In this document: positions 10,408-21,300 of the stretch, piece after piece
Numbering within the stretch: position 1 is the stretch's first letter
How the letters are laid out: every line of letters starts with the position of its first letter
From: an uncultured Chloroflexia bacterium
Lineage (GTDB): Bacteria; Chloroflexota; Limnocylindria; Limnocylindrales; CSP1-4
NCBI GenBank assembly: GCA_963748625.1
Contig: CAVVJT010000007.1
Location: forward strand, 1,024,001 to 1,088,000
Direction: 5' to 3'
DNA length: 64,000 nt
Notes under the pieces: generated by a model
Told to the model about the DNA's origin: nothing
Database searches by the model: none
What the model saw: the letters and a program-made list of their open reading frames with translations, nothing else
Made by a program: the position numbers and the translations under genes

Positions 10408-11880
10408 TCACTTCTGGAACCGGGCGCCCTCTTCCTGGTAGAAGATGGTGCCGAAGTTCATGATCCCGTTGGGGTCGAACGCCTCCTTCAGCTTCTCGAG
10501 CATGTAGTAGGCCGACCCGTGCTCCTCCCTGGTCCACTCGTTCCGGAACTTCCCGATGCCATGGTGGTGGCACATGGAACCGCCGAGCTTGAGGGTCTCC
10601 TCGACGATGATCCGCTGGATCGGGTGGTGGTACACCCGCATCTCATCCTCGGGTGCGCAGTTGATCGCGTAGTTGTAGACGAAGTACATGTTCGTGCCGT
10701 TGATGTAGCTGTGCGAGGAGTGGCCACCCAGCATCGTCAGGTCGTGAGCCCTCGGGAACTCGGCCCGCACGCGGCTGATGACGCTGTCGTACAGGACTGG
10801 GACCGTTTCCCAATCGGCCGAGACCTCCGTGGTGAACCCGGCATGGGAATCGCCCTCGATCATCCCCTGGAACTCGTCGTCGATGTCCTTCTGGGACCAG
10901 TTGAGGTTCGCGAACCAGGAGGCGATCAGGCTGCTGTCCACCTGCTCGAGGATGCCGTCGCGGAACCTCTCGACCGCCTCCTCGATGCCGGCGGAGGTGG
11001 CCTCCACGATGCCCTTGTTCCCTTCGGCCATGAACAGGAGGACGCACTTGCCCTTGTGGAAGTGGTAGAAGTGCTGCCGAGCATCCTCCTCGGAGTAGAC
11101 GCGGGCGACGGAGGGCCGGTACCCGTTGACCATGACCTCTCGAAGCACCTTGATCCCGCTTGCCACATCCTTGATGAGGTAGCCGAAGAAGGCGTTGTTC
11201 TCGGGGAAGTGCCGGAAGAGCTTGACGGTCACCTCGGTGATGTAGCAGAGGGCACCTTCGTTGCCGATCGCGATGTGGCGGATGTCGGGGCCGCCAGAGC
11301 GGCGGGGCACGTTCTTGATCCGCGACACGTGGCCGTCCGGGAACACGCACTCCAGGCCGACGACCATGTCCTCGATGCCGCCATACAGCGTTGAGAACTG
11401 GCCGATGCTGCGGGTGGCGACCAGGCCGCCGAACTTGGCGACCGGCTTGGACTGGGGCGAGTGCCCCGTGGTCAGGCCTCGCTTGTTGAGCTCATCCTCC
11501 AGCGCCTGCAGGGTGACGCCCGCCTCGACCGTGGCCTGCATGTTGTACTCGTCGATCTTGACGATCCGATTGAGATCCCGGGCGTCCACGACCAGCGTGG
11601 TGTCTTTCCAGTTCTCCAGCCCGCCCTCCGTGGCGGTCTTCCCGGCTCGCGGAATGACGTTGATGCCATGCTCGTTGCACATGGCCAGCAGCCGTGCCAC
11701 GTCCGCCGTCGTCCTGGGGTAGACGATCGCCACGGGCATCGGCACGTCGAGGACCTTCCTGGCCTTCGCGTACTTCTTGTAGCGATCCGCCGAGGCGTCG
11801 TAGAGGTCATCGGGGGCCGTGTTGATCTGACTGGCCGGCAGCACCCCAGACACCAGCCCGAGAACCGTGTTCCTGTCCAT
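10408..11880 (-). CDS. ygcU: FAD-binding oxidoreductase, YgcU-like (VAO/alkyl-DHAP synthase family)
   Basis: GHSPQSKP, ATRSIGQFSTLYG, GNEGALCYITE, GGHSSHSY, HHHGIGK, FDPNGIMN. Confidence 0.93.
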   Translation of the reverse strand: MDRNTVLGLVSGVLPASQINTAPDDLYDASADRYKKYAKARKVLDVPMPVAIVYPRTTADVARLLAMCNEHGINVIPRAGKTATEGGLENWKDTTLVVDARDLNRIVKIDEYNMQATVEAGVTLQALEDELNKRGLTTGHSPQSKPVAKFGGLVATRSIGQFSTLYGGIEDMVVGLECVFPDGHVSRIKNVPRRSGGPDIRHIAIGNEGALCYITEVTVKLFRHFPENNAFFGYLIKDVASGIKVLREVMVNGYRPSVARVYSEEDARQHFYHFHKGKCVLLFMAEGNKGIVEATSAGIEEAVERFRDGILEQVDSSLIASWFANLNWSQKDIDDEFQGMIEGDSHAGFTTEVSADWETVPVLYDSVISRVRAEFPRAHDLTMLGGHSSHSYINGTNMYFVYNYAINCAPEDEMRVYHHPIQRIIVEETLKLGGSMCHHHGIGKFRNEWTREEHGSAYYMLEKLKEAFDPNGIMNFGTIFYQEEGARFQK

Positions 11881-11981
11881 GGCGTCTGCTCCCATCGAAC
11901 TCCAGTTGGGGTGTCAGTGGCCGGGCATGGCGAGTGGCCCGCCTGACCCTGCAGGTCCCGTCGCATCGACCCAAACCAGCA

Positions 11982-12031
11982 GAAAATTTTCGCTCGATTG
12001 CCATATGCTACGTCTATCCTAGAGAATTTTC
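11982..12031. promoter_or_regulatory. two probable RpiR-family operator palindromes
   Basis: Perfect GAAAATTTTC at 11982-11991 and GAGAATTTTC at 12022-12031, in the AT-rich divergent gap and flanking a minus-strand TAGCAT -10. Confidence 0.6.
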
Positions 12032-12047
12032 CGTGAGAGCGCGCACG

Positions 12048-12768
12048 ATGTTCAACATAGACACGACGCGGCTGACCCCCCTCGATCGCAGGATCGTCGA
12101 CGAACTCGTGGCCCATGCACGGCAACACCCGCCGTTCCGGATCGCGGAGGCTGCGGAGATCTGCGGCTGCTCAATCTCGCAGGTGTCAAAGGCCATCCGG
12201 AAGGCCGGGTTCAGCGGCTACAAGCACTTCCTCCGGGTCCTCTATGCGGGCGAGCAGCCGCGTGAGCCGGCCCTGGACGAGCTCGAGCGCCTCAAGCGGG
12301 TCATCGAGGAGTTCGACATCGCGGCGGTCGAGGAGTTCGCGAGCCTCATCGAGGAGCACGAGCGGATCATCCTGTTCGGCTATGGACCCTCCCTGATCTG
12401 CGCCCAGTACTTCGAGTACAAGCTGCGCTTCAGCTCCACCGCCTTCGTCACCACCGCCCCGGACGAGGAATTCGGCGCGGAGTCTGCTGGAACAGGCAAG
12501 CCTGCTCGTCATCTTCACAGCGACCGGCCAGTACCGTTCCTTCGGAAGCCTCGCCCAGGAGGCCAGCGCCAAGGGCGCCGATGTTGTGGTGGTCTCGGAG
12601 GAGTTCAATCCGCTGCTGCTGGACATCTGCGAGCGGTACTTCGTCCTGACCCGTCACACGCAGCCCGACACCCTGAAACCGCACGAGAAGACCCGGACGG
12701 TGTTCTTCATCTTCCTCGAGGAGGTCATCGCGAGGTTCCAGCGCAGGAGAGCCCAGGGCCGTGAGTGA
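12048..12768 (+). CDS. MurR/RpiR-family transcriptional regulator (HTH + SIS), frameshift near 12470
   Basis: IAEAAEICGCSISQVSKAIRKAGFSGY helix-turn-helix; IILFGYGPS SIS motif. Confidence 0.88.
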
Positions 12769-12871
12769 GTTGCGGGCCGCGTCCCTGGGAGTCGATAACG
12801 GGTGCATGAACGCAGGCAGGCGGCCGGCGATGCCGGATCATCAAGAACCGAGCTGAGAGGACCACGTACAG

Positions 12872-13794
12872 ATGACCATGCGGATCGGGTTCGTCGGGCT
12901 GGGCAGCCTGGGACGCCACCTCGCCACGAGCCTGGTGCAGGCCGGGTTCCAGGTGACCGTCTTCGACGACGAACGAGGCCGCCGTGGCGGACCTTGTCGC
13001 CGTCGGGGCGGCCGGCGCCGCATCCGCGGCCGACGTGGCCCGTGCATCCGACACCGTCATCACCTGCCTGCCTTCGCCGGAGATCGTCACGCAGGTGGTC
13101 GCGGGGCCGTCGGGCATCCTCGAGGGGCTCGCGCCCGGCGGCACCTGGATCGACATGAGCACCAACGACCTGCACGAGCTGCAGCGCCTGGCGGCGGTCG
13201 CGGCGGAGCGGGGCATCGCCACCCTCGAGGCCCCGGTGACCGGCGGCGTCCACCGCGCGGCGGCCGGGATGATCACGCGTGCTCGTCGGCGGTGACGAGG
13301 CGGTCTTCCAGGCGCACCTCCCTGCGTTCGAGGCGATGGGCGGGAAGATCTTCTACATCGGCGCGCTCGGGCAGGCGTCGGTGATCAAGGTCATCACCAA
13401 CATGCTCGCGTTCATCCACCTCGTGGCGGACGGCGAGGCCCTCATGCTGGCCAAGCGCGGCGGCGTCGATCTCGGCCTTGCGTGGGAGGTCATCAAGGCG
13501 AGCTCGGGCAACAGCTTCGTCCACGAGACCGAGGGCCAGCTGATCCTCAACGGCAGCTACAACATCAACTTCACGATGGACCTCGCCCGCAAGGACCTGC
13601 ACCTCGCGCACATGATGGGTCGCGAGTTCGGCGTGCCGCTCGAGCTTGCGAGCGTCACCGAGCAGATCTTCGCCCGCGCCCGGGCGACCTACGGCGGGAG
13701 CGCGCAGTCGCCGTTGGTGGTCAAGATGCTCGAGGAGGCGGTCGGCACCGACCTGCGTGCGCCAGGCTTCCCGGCGGAGCTGGCTCCGGAGTGA
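12872..13794 (+). CDS. NAD(P)-dependent oxidoreductase, 3-hydroxyisobutyrate dehydrogenase family, two frameshifts
   Basis: IGFVGLGSLG, WIDMST, EAPVTGG, KVITNML, MDLARKDL. Confidence 0.88.
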
Positions 13795-13871
13795 CCGCGG
13801 CGCGGGGGCAGAACGGCGACCGTGGCGCAGGACGCCGGCCACCGGATCGGGCAGGGCGGCCGCTGCCGGCC

Positions 13872-15147
13872 TCAGAGCGGGACGGCGCCGTGCTCCACGG
13901 TGAGGGCGACGATGTCGGCGGCGGGCACGTCCCGTGAGGCGACGCCACGCTGGACGGCGAGCGCCGCCGCCGCGCCCATCGCCTGGCCCATCGCCATGCA
14001 GGTGCACTGGGCCCGGATCCCCGCGAACGCGATCCGGTTCGCGGACACGTTCCGACCGGCCACCGTGAGGCGCCGCGACCCCTTGGGGATCAGGGCCCGG
14101 AACGGGACCGTCGGAATGGTGTCCGGGTCGTCGATGAACGAGACCTCGCAGCCGATCGCCTGGCTGTGCAGGTCGATGTAGTTGAAGGCGTTGCACGACC
14201 TTGTCCGCGAAGTCGGTCGCCTGCACGAAGTCGTCGCTGACCACGGTGTACTCGCCGACGGTGTGGTACGTCTCGCGGGCCAGCGCGTACGGCGCCATGT
14301 AGGCGAGGTACGCGCGCTCGCGCCCGGGATGCACTCGCGCACGAACCGGAACATGCGCAGCATCCGCTCGCGGCCTTCGATGTCGGCTTTCGTCTGCCCG
14401 TCCGCGTCCGAGGTGTCCGCGTCGTAGACGTGGGTGGCGTTGTGCCCGCCGTGCTGCAGGTAGTACAGGAACGGCTCCATGTTGGCGTACGCCCAGTCGC
14501 CCTTCCGGAGCCGGCCGGCGGCCAGCGCCTCCTCGTACAGCGCCTGGACCTCGGACTTCCAGAGCTGCTCGTGCTCGATGCCCTTGATCTGGTACTGGAG
14601 CGTGCCGGGCTGGGACACCGTCGACCGGGTCACCGCGAGTCCGAGGATGCGCACGACGTCGGAATCGCCGGGCAGTCGATGATCTCCCGGCAGCGGGTCA
14701 CGCGCCGCACGCCGCGGCCGAGGGACACGACCTCCCACCAGTCGCCGTCGGCGCTGACCTCGGCGACGAACTCGTGGTAGTGGAGGACGACGCCCGCGCC
14801 GACCGCCTCGGCCTCGGCGATCGACGCGTAGACCGGGACGTTGATGTAGCTGTAGTAGCCGGGCGTCTCCACGGGTCGGCGCTGGCGGTAGTCGGGGACC
14901 GGGAGGCCCTCGATCTCCTTGGACTTCACGTACAGCTCCCAGGGGATCCCCTGGACCACCGGCCCGCGCGGCGTGAAGAAGTGGTTGGGCATCTACACGC
15001 CGCCCGCGGTCATGGTGCCGCCGAGCATCGACCCCGCCTCGATGACCGACGTGATCACGCCGGCACGGGCCGCCTGGAGGGCGGCGATGTGCCCGGCCGT
15101 GCCGCCACCCACGACCACGACATCGACGGTCTCGGTACTGTCTTCAT
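13872..15147 (-). CDS. FAD-dependent oxidoreductase (PF12831-like), several frameshifts
   Basis: DVVVVGGGTAG, LGGTMTAGGV, VPFRALIPKG, VAGRNVS, AMGQAMGAAAA. Confidence 0.85.
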
Positions 15148-15192
15148 GGCGCCATTGTGGCCCGTCGCGGGCGCGCGGGCGGACCGGATCGG

Positions 15193-16449
15193 CTAGCCGA
15201 AGAGCTTCTGGACCTCGCGCAGGGCGGCCGCCAGCGCGTCGATGTCGGCCTTCGTCGTGTAGACCTGGAACGAGGCCCGGGCCGTGGCGGCGAGGTCGAG
15301 GCGCTCGTGGAGCGGCATCGTGCAGTGGTGGCCGGCCCGGATCGCGACGCCGAAGCGGTCGAGCACCTGGGCGACGTCGTGCGGGTGGATGCCGGGCAGG
15401 TTGAACGGGATGACGCCGCCGCGCTGGTCGGCGGGCGGCCCGTAGAGCTCGATCCCGGGGACCTCGCGCGGGAGCATCTCGAGCGCGTACGCGACCAGCT
15501 CCTGCTCGTGGGCGGCCAGCCGGTCCATCCCCAGCTCGAGGAGGTAGTCCGCGGCCGCACCGAGGCCGATCTGGGCGCTGATGTCCGGCGTGCCGGCCTC
15601 GAACTTCCAGGGGATGCTCGTTCCACTCGGACCGGCGCAGGTGGACCTCGCGGATCATGTCGCCGCCGCCCATGAACGGCGGCATGGCCTCGAGCAGCTC
15701 GCGGCGACCCCACAGCGACGCCGGAGCCGGTGGGCGCGAGCGCCTTGTGGCCGCGAGAACACGTAGAAGTCGCAGCCGATGTCGACCACGTCCACCGGCA
15801 GGTGCGGCACCGCCTGGGCGCCGTCGACCAGCACGAGCGCGCCGGCCTCGTGGGCCATGCGCGTCATCTCCTTGACCGGGTTGATCGTGCCCAGCGTGTT
15901 CGACACGTGGGTGAACGCGACCAGCTTGGGCCGGAGGCGCAGCAGCACCTCGTAGACGTCGAGGCGCAGCAGCCCGTCGTCGGTGATCGGGATGAACTCG
16001 AGGTCCCCGTCCTTCTCCTGGGCGAGGATCTGCCAGGGCACCAGGTTCGCGTGGTGCTCCATCTCGGTCAGGATGATCGCGTCGCCCCGCTCGATGTGGC
16101 GGCGCCCCCAGGAGTACGCGACCAGGTTGATCGCCTCGGTCGCGTTCCGGGTCCAGATGATCGTGCTCGGGTCGGGCGCTCCGATCAGGCGCGCGACCTT
16201 CTCCCGGGCACCCTCGTACGCGGCGGTCGCGCGCTCGCTGAGCTGGTAGATCCCGCGGTGGACGTTCGCGTTGTCGTGGCGGTAGTAGGCGTCCATCGCC
16301 TCGATCACCGCCAGGGGCTTCTGCGAGGTCGCGGCGGAGTCGAGGTACACCAGCGGGTGCCCGAAGACCTCCTGGTCCAGGATCGGGAAGTCCGCCTTGA
16401 GCGAGGCCGGATCGAGCGGGGTGCGGGCGCGCTGCAGCTCGGTGGTCAT
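15193..16449 (-). CDS. sufS: cysteine desulfurase SufS, frameshifted
   Basis: [28 protein letters not shown], group II motif RAGHHC. Confidence 0.93.
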
Positions 16450-16489
16450 CGGTGGGTCCCTCGGTCCTTCGCGGCTGCCGTGGTGCCTG

Positions 16490-17372
16490 CTACCGGCCGG
16501 CGCCGGCGGCCTCGGGCTCGAGCGGGACCGTGAGCGCCTCGTCGGGGACGCCGAGGTCCGTGCCGTTCTCGCGCAGGATCGGGCCGTAGCCCTCCTCCTC
16601 GAGGCGCAGGGCCAGGTCCTTGCCGCCCGACGTCACGATCCGGCCGGCGGCCAGGACGTGGACGACGTCGGGGGTGATGTAGTTGAGCAGCCGCTGGTAG
16701 TGCGTGATCAGCAGCACGCCCATGTCCGGGTTCAGCTGGGCGTTGACGCCCTCGGCCACGATGCGCAGCGCGTCGATGTCGAGGCCCGAGTCCGTCTCGT
16801 CGAGGATCGCGAACTCCGGCTCCAGCATCGCCATCTGGAGCATCTCGAGGCGCTTCTTCTCGCCGCCGCTGAAGCCGTCGTTGACGTAGCGGGCCGCAAA
16901 GGCGTCGTCCATCTTGAGCAGCGCCATCTTCGCCCGCATCCGCTTGCGGAACTCGAGCATGGAGACGCCGCCCTTGATGGCGTCGGTGGGATCCACGTTG
17001 GGATCCTTGTCGATGCCCTGGAGCTTCGCATTGAGCGCGCTCCGGACGAAGGAGGCGACGGACAGACCCGGGATGGCGGTCGGGTACTGGAAGGCCAGGA
17101 ACAGGCCGAGGCGGGCGCGCTTGTCGGCCGACAGGTCGAGCAGGTCGTAGCCCTTCCAGCGGACCTCGCCGCCCAGGACACGTATGCGCCGGGTGGCCCA
17201 TGAGGGCGTAGGAGAGGGTGGTCTTGCCCGAGCCGTTGGGGCCCATGATCGCGTGGGTCTCACCCTTGCGGATCGTGAGGTTGATCCCCTTGAGGATCTC
17301 GAGGTCGGGCTTGGCCGCCGGGGCGACCCGCAGGTCGCGGATCACCAGCTCCCGGTCGTTGGCGTCGGTCAC
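16490..17372 (-). CDS. sufC: Fe-S cluster assembly ATPase SufC, frameshift near 17185
   Basis: [46 protein letters not shown]. Confidence 0.95.
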
Positions 17373-17920
17373 GAAACGGCTCCTGTGAGCGAGGGTTCAA
17401 TTGACAGGGTTGGGTCCCCCGCCGCGGTACCGGCCGGGGACGTGGCCGGGATCCGCGGGTCGAGGGTGATGTGCGGGACCGGGACGAGGTCCGCGAGGGT
17501 GATCGATTCGAGGGTGCCGGCGATGGCATCGCGGACGCGGACCCAGAGGGTGTGCGTCGTGCACCGCGCCGAGCGGGCGCACTCGGCGTGGCCGGGCTCG
17601 TCCGAGGCGCAGATCATCGGCGCGATCGGGCCTTCGAGGGCGCGCAGCACCTCGCTCATCCGGATGTCGGATGGCGACGAGGTGAGCTCGTAGCCCCCGC
17701 GGGCACCGCGGGTCGAGGTGACGAGGCCTGCGTCCCGGAGGCTCGTGACGAGCTGCTCCAGGTAGGCACGCGGCAGGTCCTCGTCAGCCGCGATCTCGGC
17801 GAGGGAGGCGGGACCGGCCCCGTAGCGTCGTCCGAGCTGGACCATCAGGCGCACGCCGTACTCGCCCTTCGTTGAGAAGGCGACGGCGCCGGTTCCGTGG
17901 TAGCTCGGTCGATTGCTCAG
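17369..17920 (-). CDS. Rrf2-family IscR-like transcriptional regulator, probable CTG start
   Basis: [23 protein letters not shown]-x9-C-x5-C-x2-H ligand set. GGAGG lies 8 nt before an in-frame CTG at 17920. Confidence 0.9.
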   Translation of the reverse strand: MSNRPSYHGTGAVAFSTKGEYGVRLMVQLGRRYGAGPASLAEIAADEDLPRAYLEQLVTSLRDAGLVTSTRGARGGYELTSSPSDIRMSEVLRALEGPIAPMICASDEPGHAECARSARCTTHTLWVRVRDAIAGTLESITLADLVPVPHITLDPRIPATSPAGTAAGDPTLSIEPSLTGAVS

Positions 17921-18032
17921 GGTCGGGTCCTCCGTGGTCGGAGGTTCCCCAGGGGGACGCCCGCGGCACTTGGACAGCGTCCGAGCCGTTCGTGTCGATC
18001 GCTCGGGGGTTGCCGGGTGCCGCGCCGGAGAA

Positions 18033-18086
18033 ATCCGACCACTTTCGTCGGATATGAGTCTAGACCCGCCCGCGGGAGTGCGTCAA
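18033..18086 (-). promoter_or_regulatory. sigma70-type promoter with Rrf2/IscR-type operator
   Basis: Minus-strand TTGACG-N18-TAGACT (18086-18057), followed by inverted repeat ATCCGAC-N7-GTCGGAT (18033-18053). Confidence 0.75.
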
Positions 18087-18315
18087 CGAGCACTCGACCG
18101 CGTGCGCGATAGCAGACCGAGACCGGCCGGAGACCCGTCGGCGACCGATGCGCGCGTAGCGTGCGCACGCCATCCGGGCACACCATCCGCGCACGCTGGC
18201 CGCGCACGCCATCCAGGCACGAACTGCACAGGTCACCAAGCGAGACGGTCCGAATGGCCGTGGCCCCATCGGCTGCGGACGCCTAGGATCGCCAGCGCCG
18301 GGGAGGGGTGAGGCG

Positions 18316-21300
18316 ATGGAGTTCCGAGTCCTGGGCCGGATCGAGGCGTCCCAAGACGGAACGCGCTGCCCGGTAGCGGCGGGTCACCAACTGTCCTTGC
18401 TCGCCCTCCTCCTGGTGCACGCGAACCGCACGGTCAGGACGGATCGCATCCTCGAGGATCTCTGGGGCGACGAGCCGCCGTCGAGCGGCGCGAAGACCGT
18501 CGGCTTCCACGTGTCCCGCTTGCGCGACGCGCTCGCGCCTGATCGGGGTGGCGAGGCGGCGGCCCGCGGCAACGGGCGCGAGGTGGCGGCCCGTGGCGAG
18601 GCGGCGGCCGGTGGCAACGGGCGCGGTCCCATCCTCACCGTGGAGGGCGGCTACCTGCTCCGGGTGGATCCGGATTCCGTCGATGCCACGCGCTTCGAGC
18701 GGCTCGCGGCCGAGGGACACGCGCTGCTCGCCAGCGATCCGGCCACCGCGGCGGACCGGCTCCGCGCCGCTCTGGGCGAGTGGGACGGACCCGCCTACGT
18801 GCAGGTCGCGGACTTCCCGTTCGCCCAGACAGAGGCCACGCGCCTCGACGAGCTCCGTCTCCGGGCGCAGGAGGACGCCTTCGACGCTGCCCTGGCGCTC
18901 GGCCGCCAGGATGAGGTGGCAGAAGCGCTCGCAGCGCACGTCGCCACCAACCCGCTGCGCGAGCATCCCCGGGCGACGCTGGTGACCGCCCTCTACCGGA
19001 CCGGGCGCCAGGCCGAGGCCCTGCGCGTCCTCGCCGACGGGCGCACCACGCTCGCGGACGAGCTCGGGGTCGATCCCGGGCCGGAGCTCCGCCGCCTGGA
19101 GACGTGGATCCTCCAGCAGGACGCCCGCCTCGACCACGCGGGAGTCCAGCCCGACCGTGCGATCCGCAATCCGTACAAGGGGCTGCGCCCGTTCGGCGAG
19201 GCGGATGCGCCCGATTTCTTCGGCCGCGAGACCATGGTCGACGCGCTCGTCGAGCGGCTGGGCCAGCTGGCCCGCGGCTCGCGGCTGCTCATGCTCATCG
19301 GGCCCAGTGGCAGCGGCAAATCGAGTGTCGCCCTGGCTGGGCTCCTCTCGGCCGTTCGTCGAGGCGTCGTCCCGGCGCTCGCCGGAGCGTCGGTCGAGGT
19401 CCTGGTGCCAGGGCCGCATCCGCGGCAGGACCTGGCCGCTGCCGTCGAGCGACTGCGCTCGGAGGCAGCGCCGATGGGGTTGCTGGTGGTGGACCAGCTC
19501 GACGAGCTCCCGTCCGTGGCCGGAGACGCAGGGACGACCGCGTTCCTGCACGCGCTCGAGGACGCGCTGGCCGCCGAGGGACCGCCGCTGGTCGCGATCG
19601 TGACGCTGCGGGCCGATCGGATCGACCTCCCGCTCGCGGTCCCGGGCCTCGCGGAGCGGGTACGGACGGGCACGGAGATCGTGGCCCCGCTGTCGCGGCA
19701 CGACCTGGAGCGAGCGGTGAGCCGGCCGGCGGAGCGGGTCGGGCTGATGGTGGAGCCGGGCCTGCCCCATGCGATCGCGGCGGACGTGGGCTCACAGCCC
19801 GCCGCGCTCCCCCTGCTGCAGGTCGCGCTCACCGAGCTGTTCGAGCGGCGCGATGGCGACCGGCTCACGCGTGCCGCCTACGTCGCGTCGGGCGGCGTGG
19901 CGGGCGCGCTCGCAGCCAGGGCCGAGGATGCCTGGGCCGCGCTCGATCGCGGCGACCGCGAGATTGCCCGCCACCTGTTCCTGCACCTCGTCGCCATCAC
20001 CGACACGGGAGAGCCGGCCGTGCGCCGGCGCTCACGGGCCGACCTCGACCCCTTGGCCGACGACGCCGGCTCCCTCGACCGCGTCCTCGAGGTGCTGGCA
20101 CGACGGCGTCTGCTGGGGATCGACGTGGATGCGACCTCGGGCGATGCGGTCGTCTCCATCGCCCATGGCGCGCTCCTCACGAACTGGCCGCGCTGTGCGG
20201 GCTGGATCCGCGAGGCGCGTGACGACCTCGCCATGCGGCGGCGCCTGGCCGACGCGACCGCGGAGTGGGAGGCTGCCGGACGAGATGCCGGCTTCCTCCT
20301 GACCGGCTCCCGCCTCGACCTGTTCGGGGCCTGGGCGTCAACGACGAGCCTGCGCCTCGACCCGCACGAGCGGGCCCTGCTGGACGCGAGCCTGGCCGAC
20401 CGCCGGGCGGCCGAGGAGGCGGAGCGTGCCCGAGCGGAACGCGAGCGTCGCCTCGAGCGGCGCGCGTCGACGCGGATGCGGGCCCTGGCTGCGGTGCTCG
20501 CCGCCGGCATCCTGGCCGCCTCCAGCCTGTCGATCGCCCTGTACCGGCAAGGCACGACGGCGACCGAGGAGGCGCGGGTTGCAGTGGCCCGGGAGCGAGC
20601 GGCGGCAGCGGTCGGCACGCTGGGCTCGGACCCCCGGCTCGCGCTCGTGCTCGCGTGGCATGCGGCCGACGCCACCGCCGATCTCGGCTACGTGACTGCC
20701 GAGGCCTACGACGCACTCCACTGGTCGCTCCAAGCGCTCCACGTGGCCTACCCTCCCGACACCCAGGGCACGGCCGTCCGGATGGGGCCGGACGGACCGA
20801 CGGGCGTCCCGCTGCTCCTGCCCGAGGAGCTGATGGCCATGGCGGCCGCCGAGGGGCTCGAGCCGCTCGGCGCCAGCGAGTGCCGCACCTACCTGCACCA
20901 GGAGTCCTGTCCCCTGCCCCCGGCGCGGTCGACCGGAGGTGGTCCCGTGCTCGGGATCCTGCGTGACGGGTCCACGGCGCCCGCGTCTGCGCTCGGGACC
21001 GGAGGGCTCGAGGGCACGACGGTGGACGTCGTCTCGCAGCTCCCGATGGATGCGACGGACGCGCTGTCGTCGCTGCTAGCGGGGACCGGGATCACCGTGC
21101 GCACGAGCACCGACGATGCCACAGGATCCGTGCTGGCCGACCGCCTCGCGCGCGGTCCCGAGCCGGACATCGCGATCGTGGCCGCGCCTCGGACAATGGC
21201 CGGCCTGGCCGCGGACGGGCTGCTCGTCGACCTCTCCACGCTCGGGGCCGGCACGTCGCCGGCGGTCGCGGGCAGTGCGTACCTCGACGGCCTGATGCGC

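Noticed and set aside
5090-12870. Integrase, transposase or att repeats bounding the AT-richer block
   Set aside because: No mobility gene or flanking direct repeat was found by eye, so it is not annotated as a mobile element.
14993-15685. ORF apparently joining SufS to the FAD oxidoreductase
   Set aside because: Off-frame product of indels; sufS ends at 15193 and the oxidoreductase has its own leaderless start at 15147.
202-17263. Programmed frameshifting or recoding as the cause of split genes
   Set aside because: Breaks are scattered, lack a shared slippery motif and hit families not known to be recoded.
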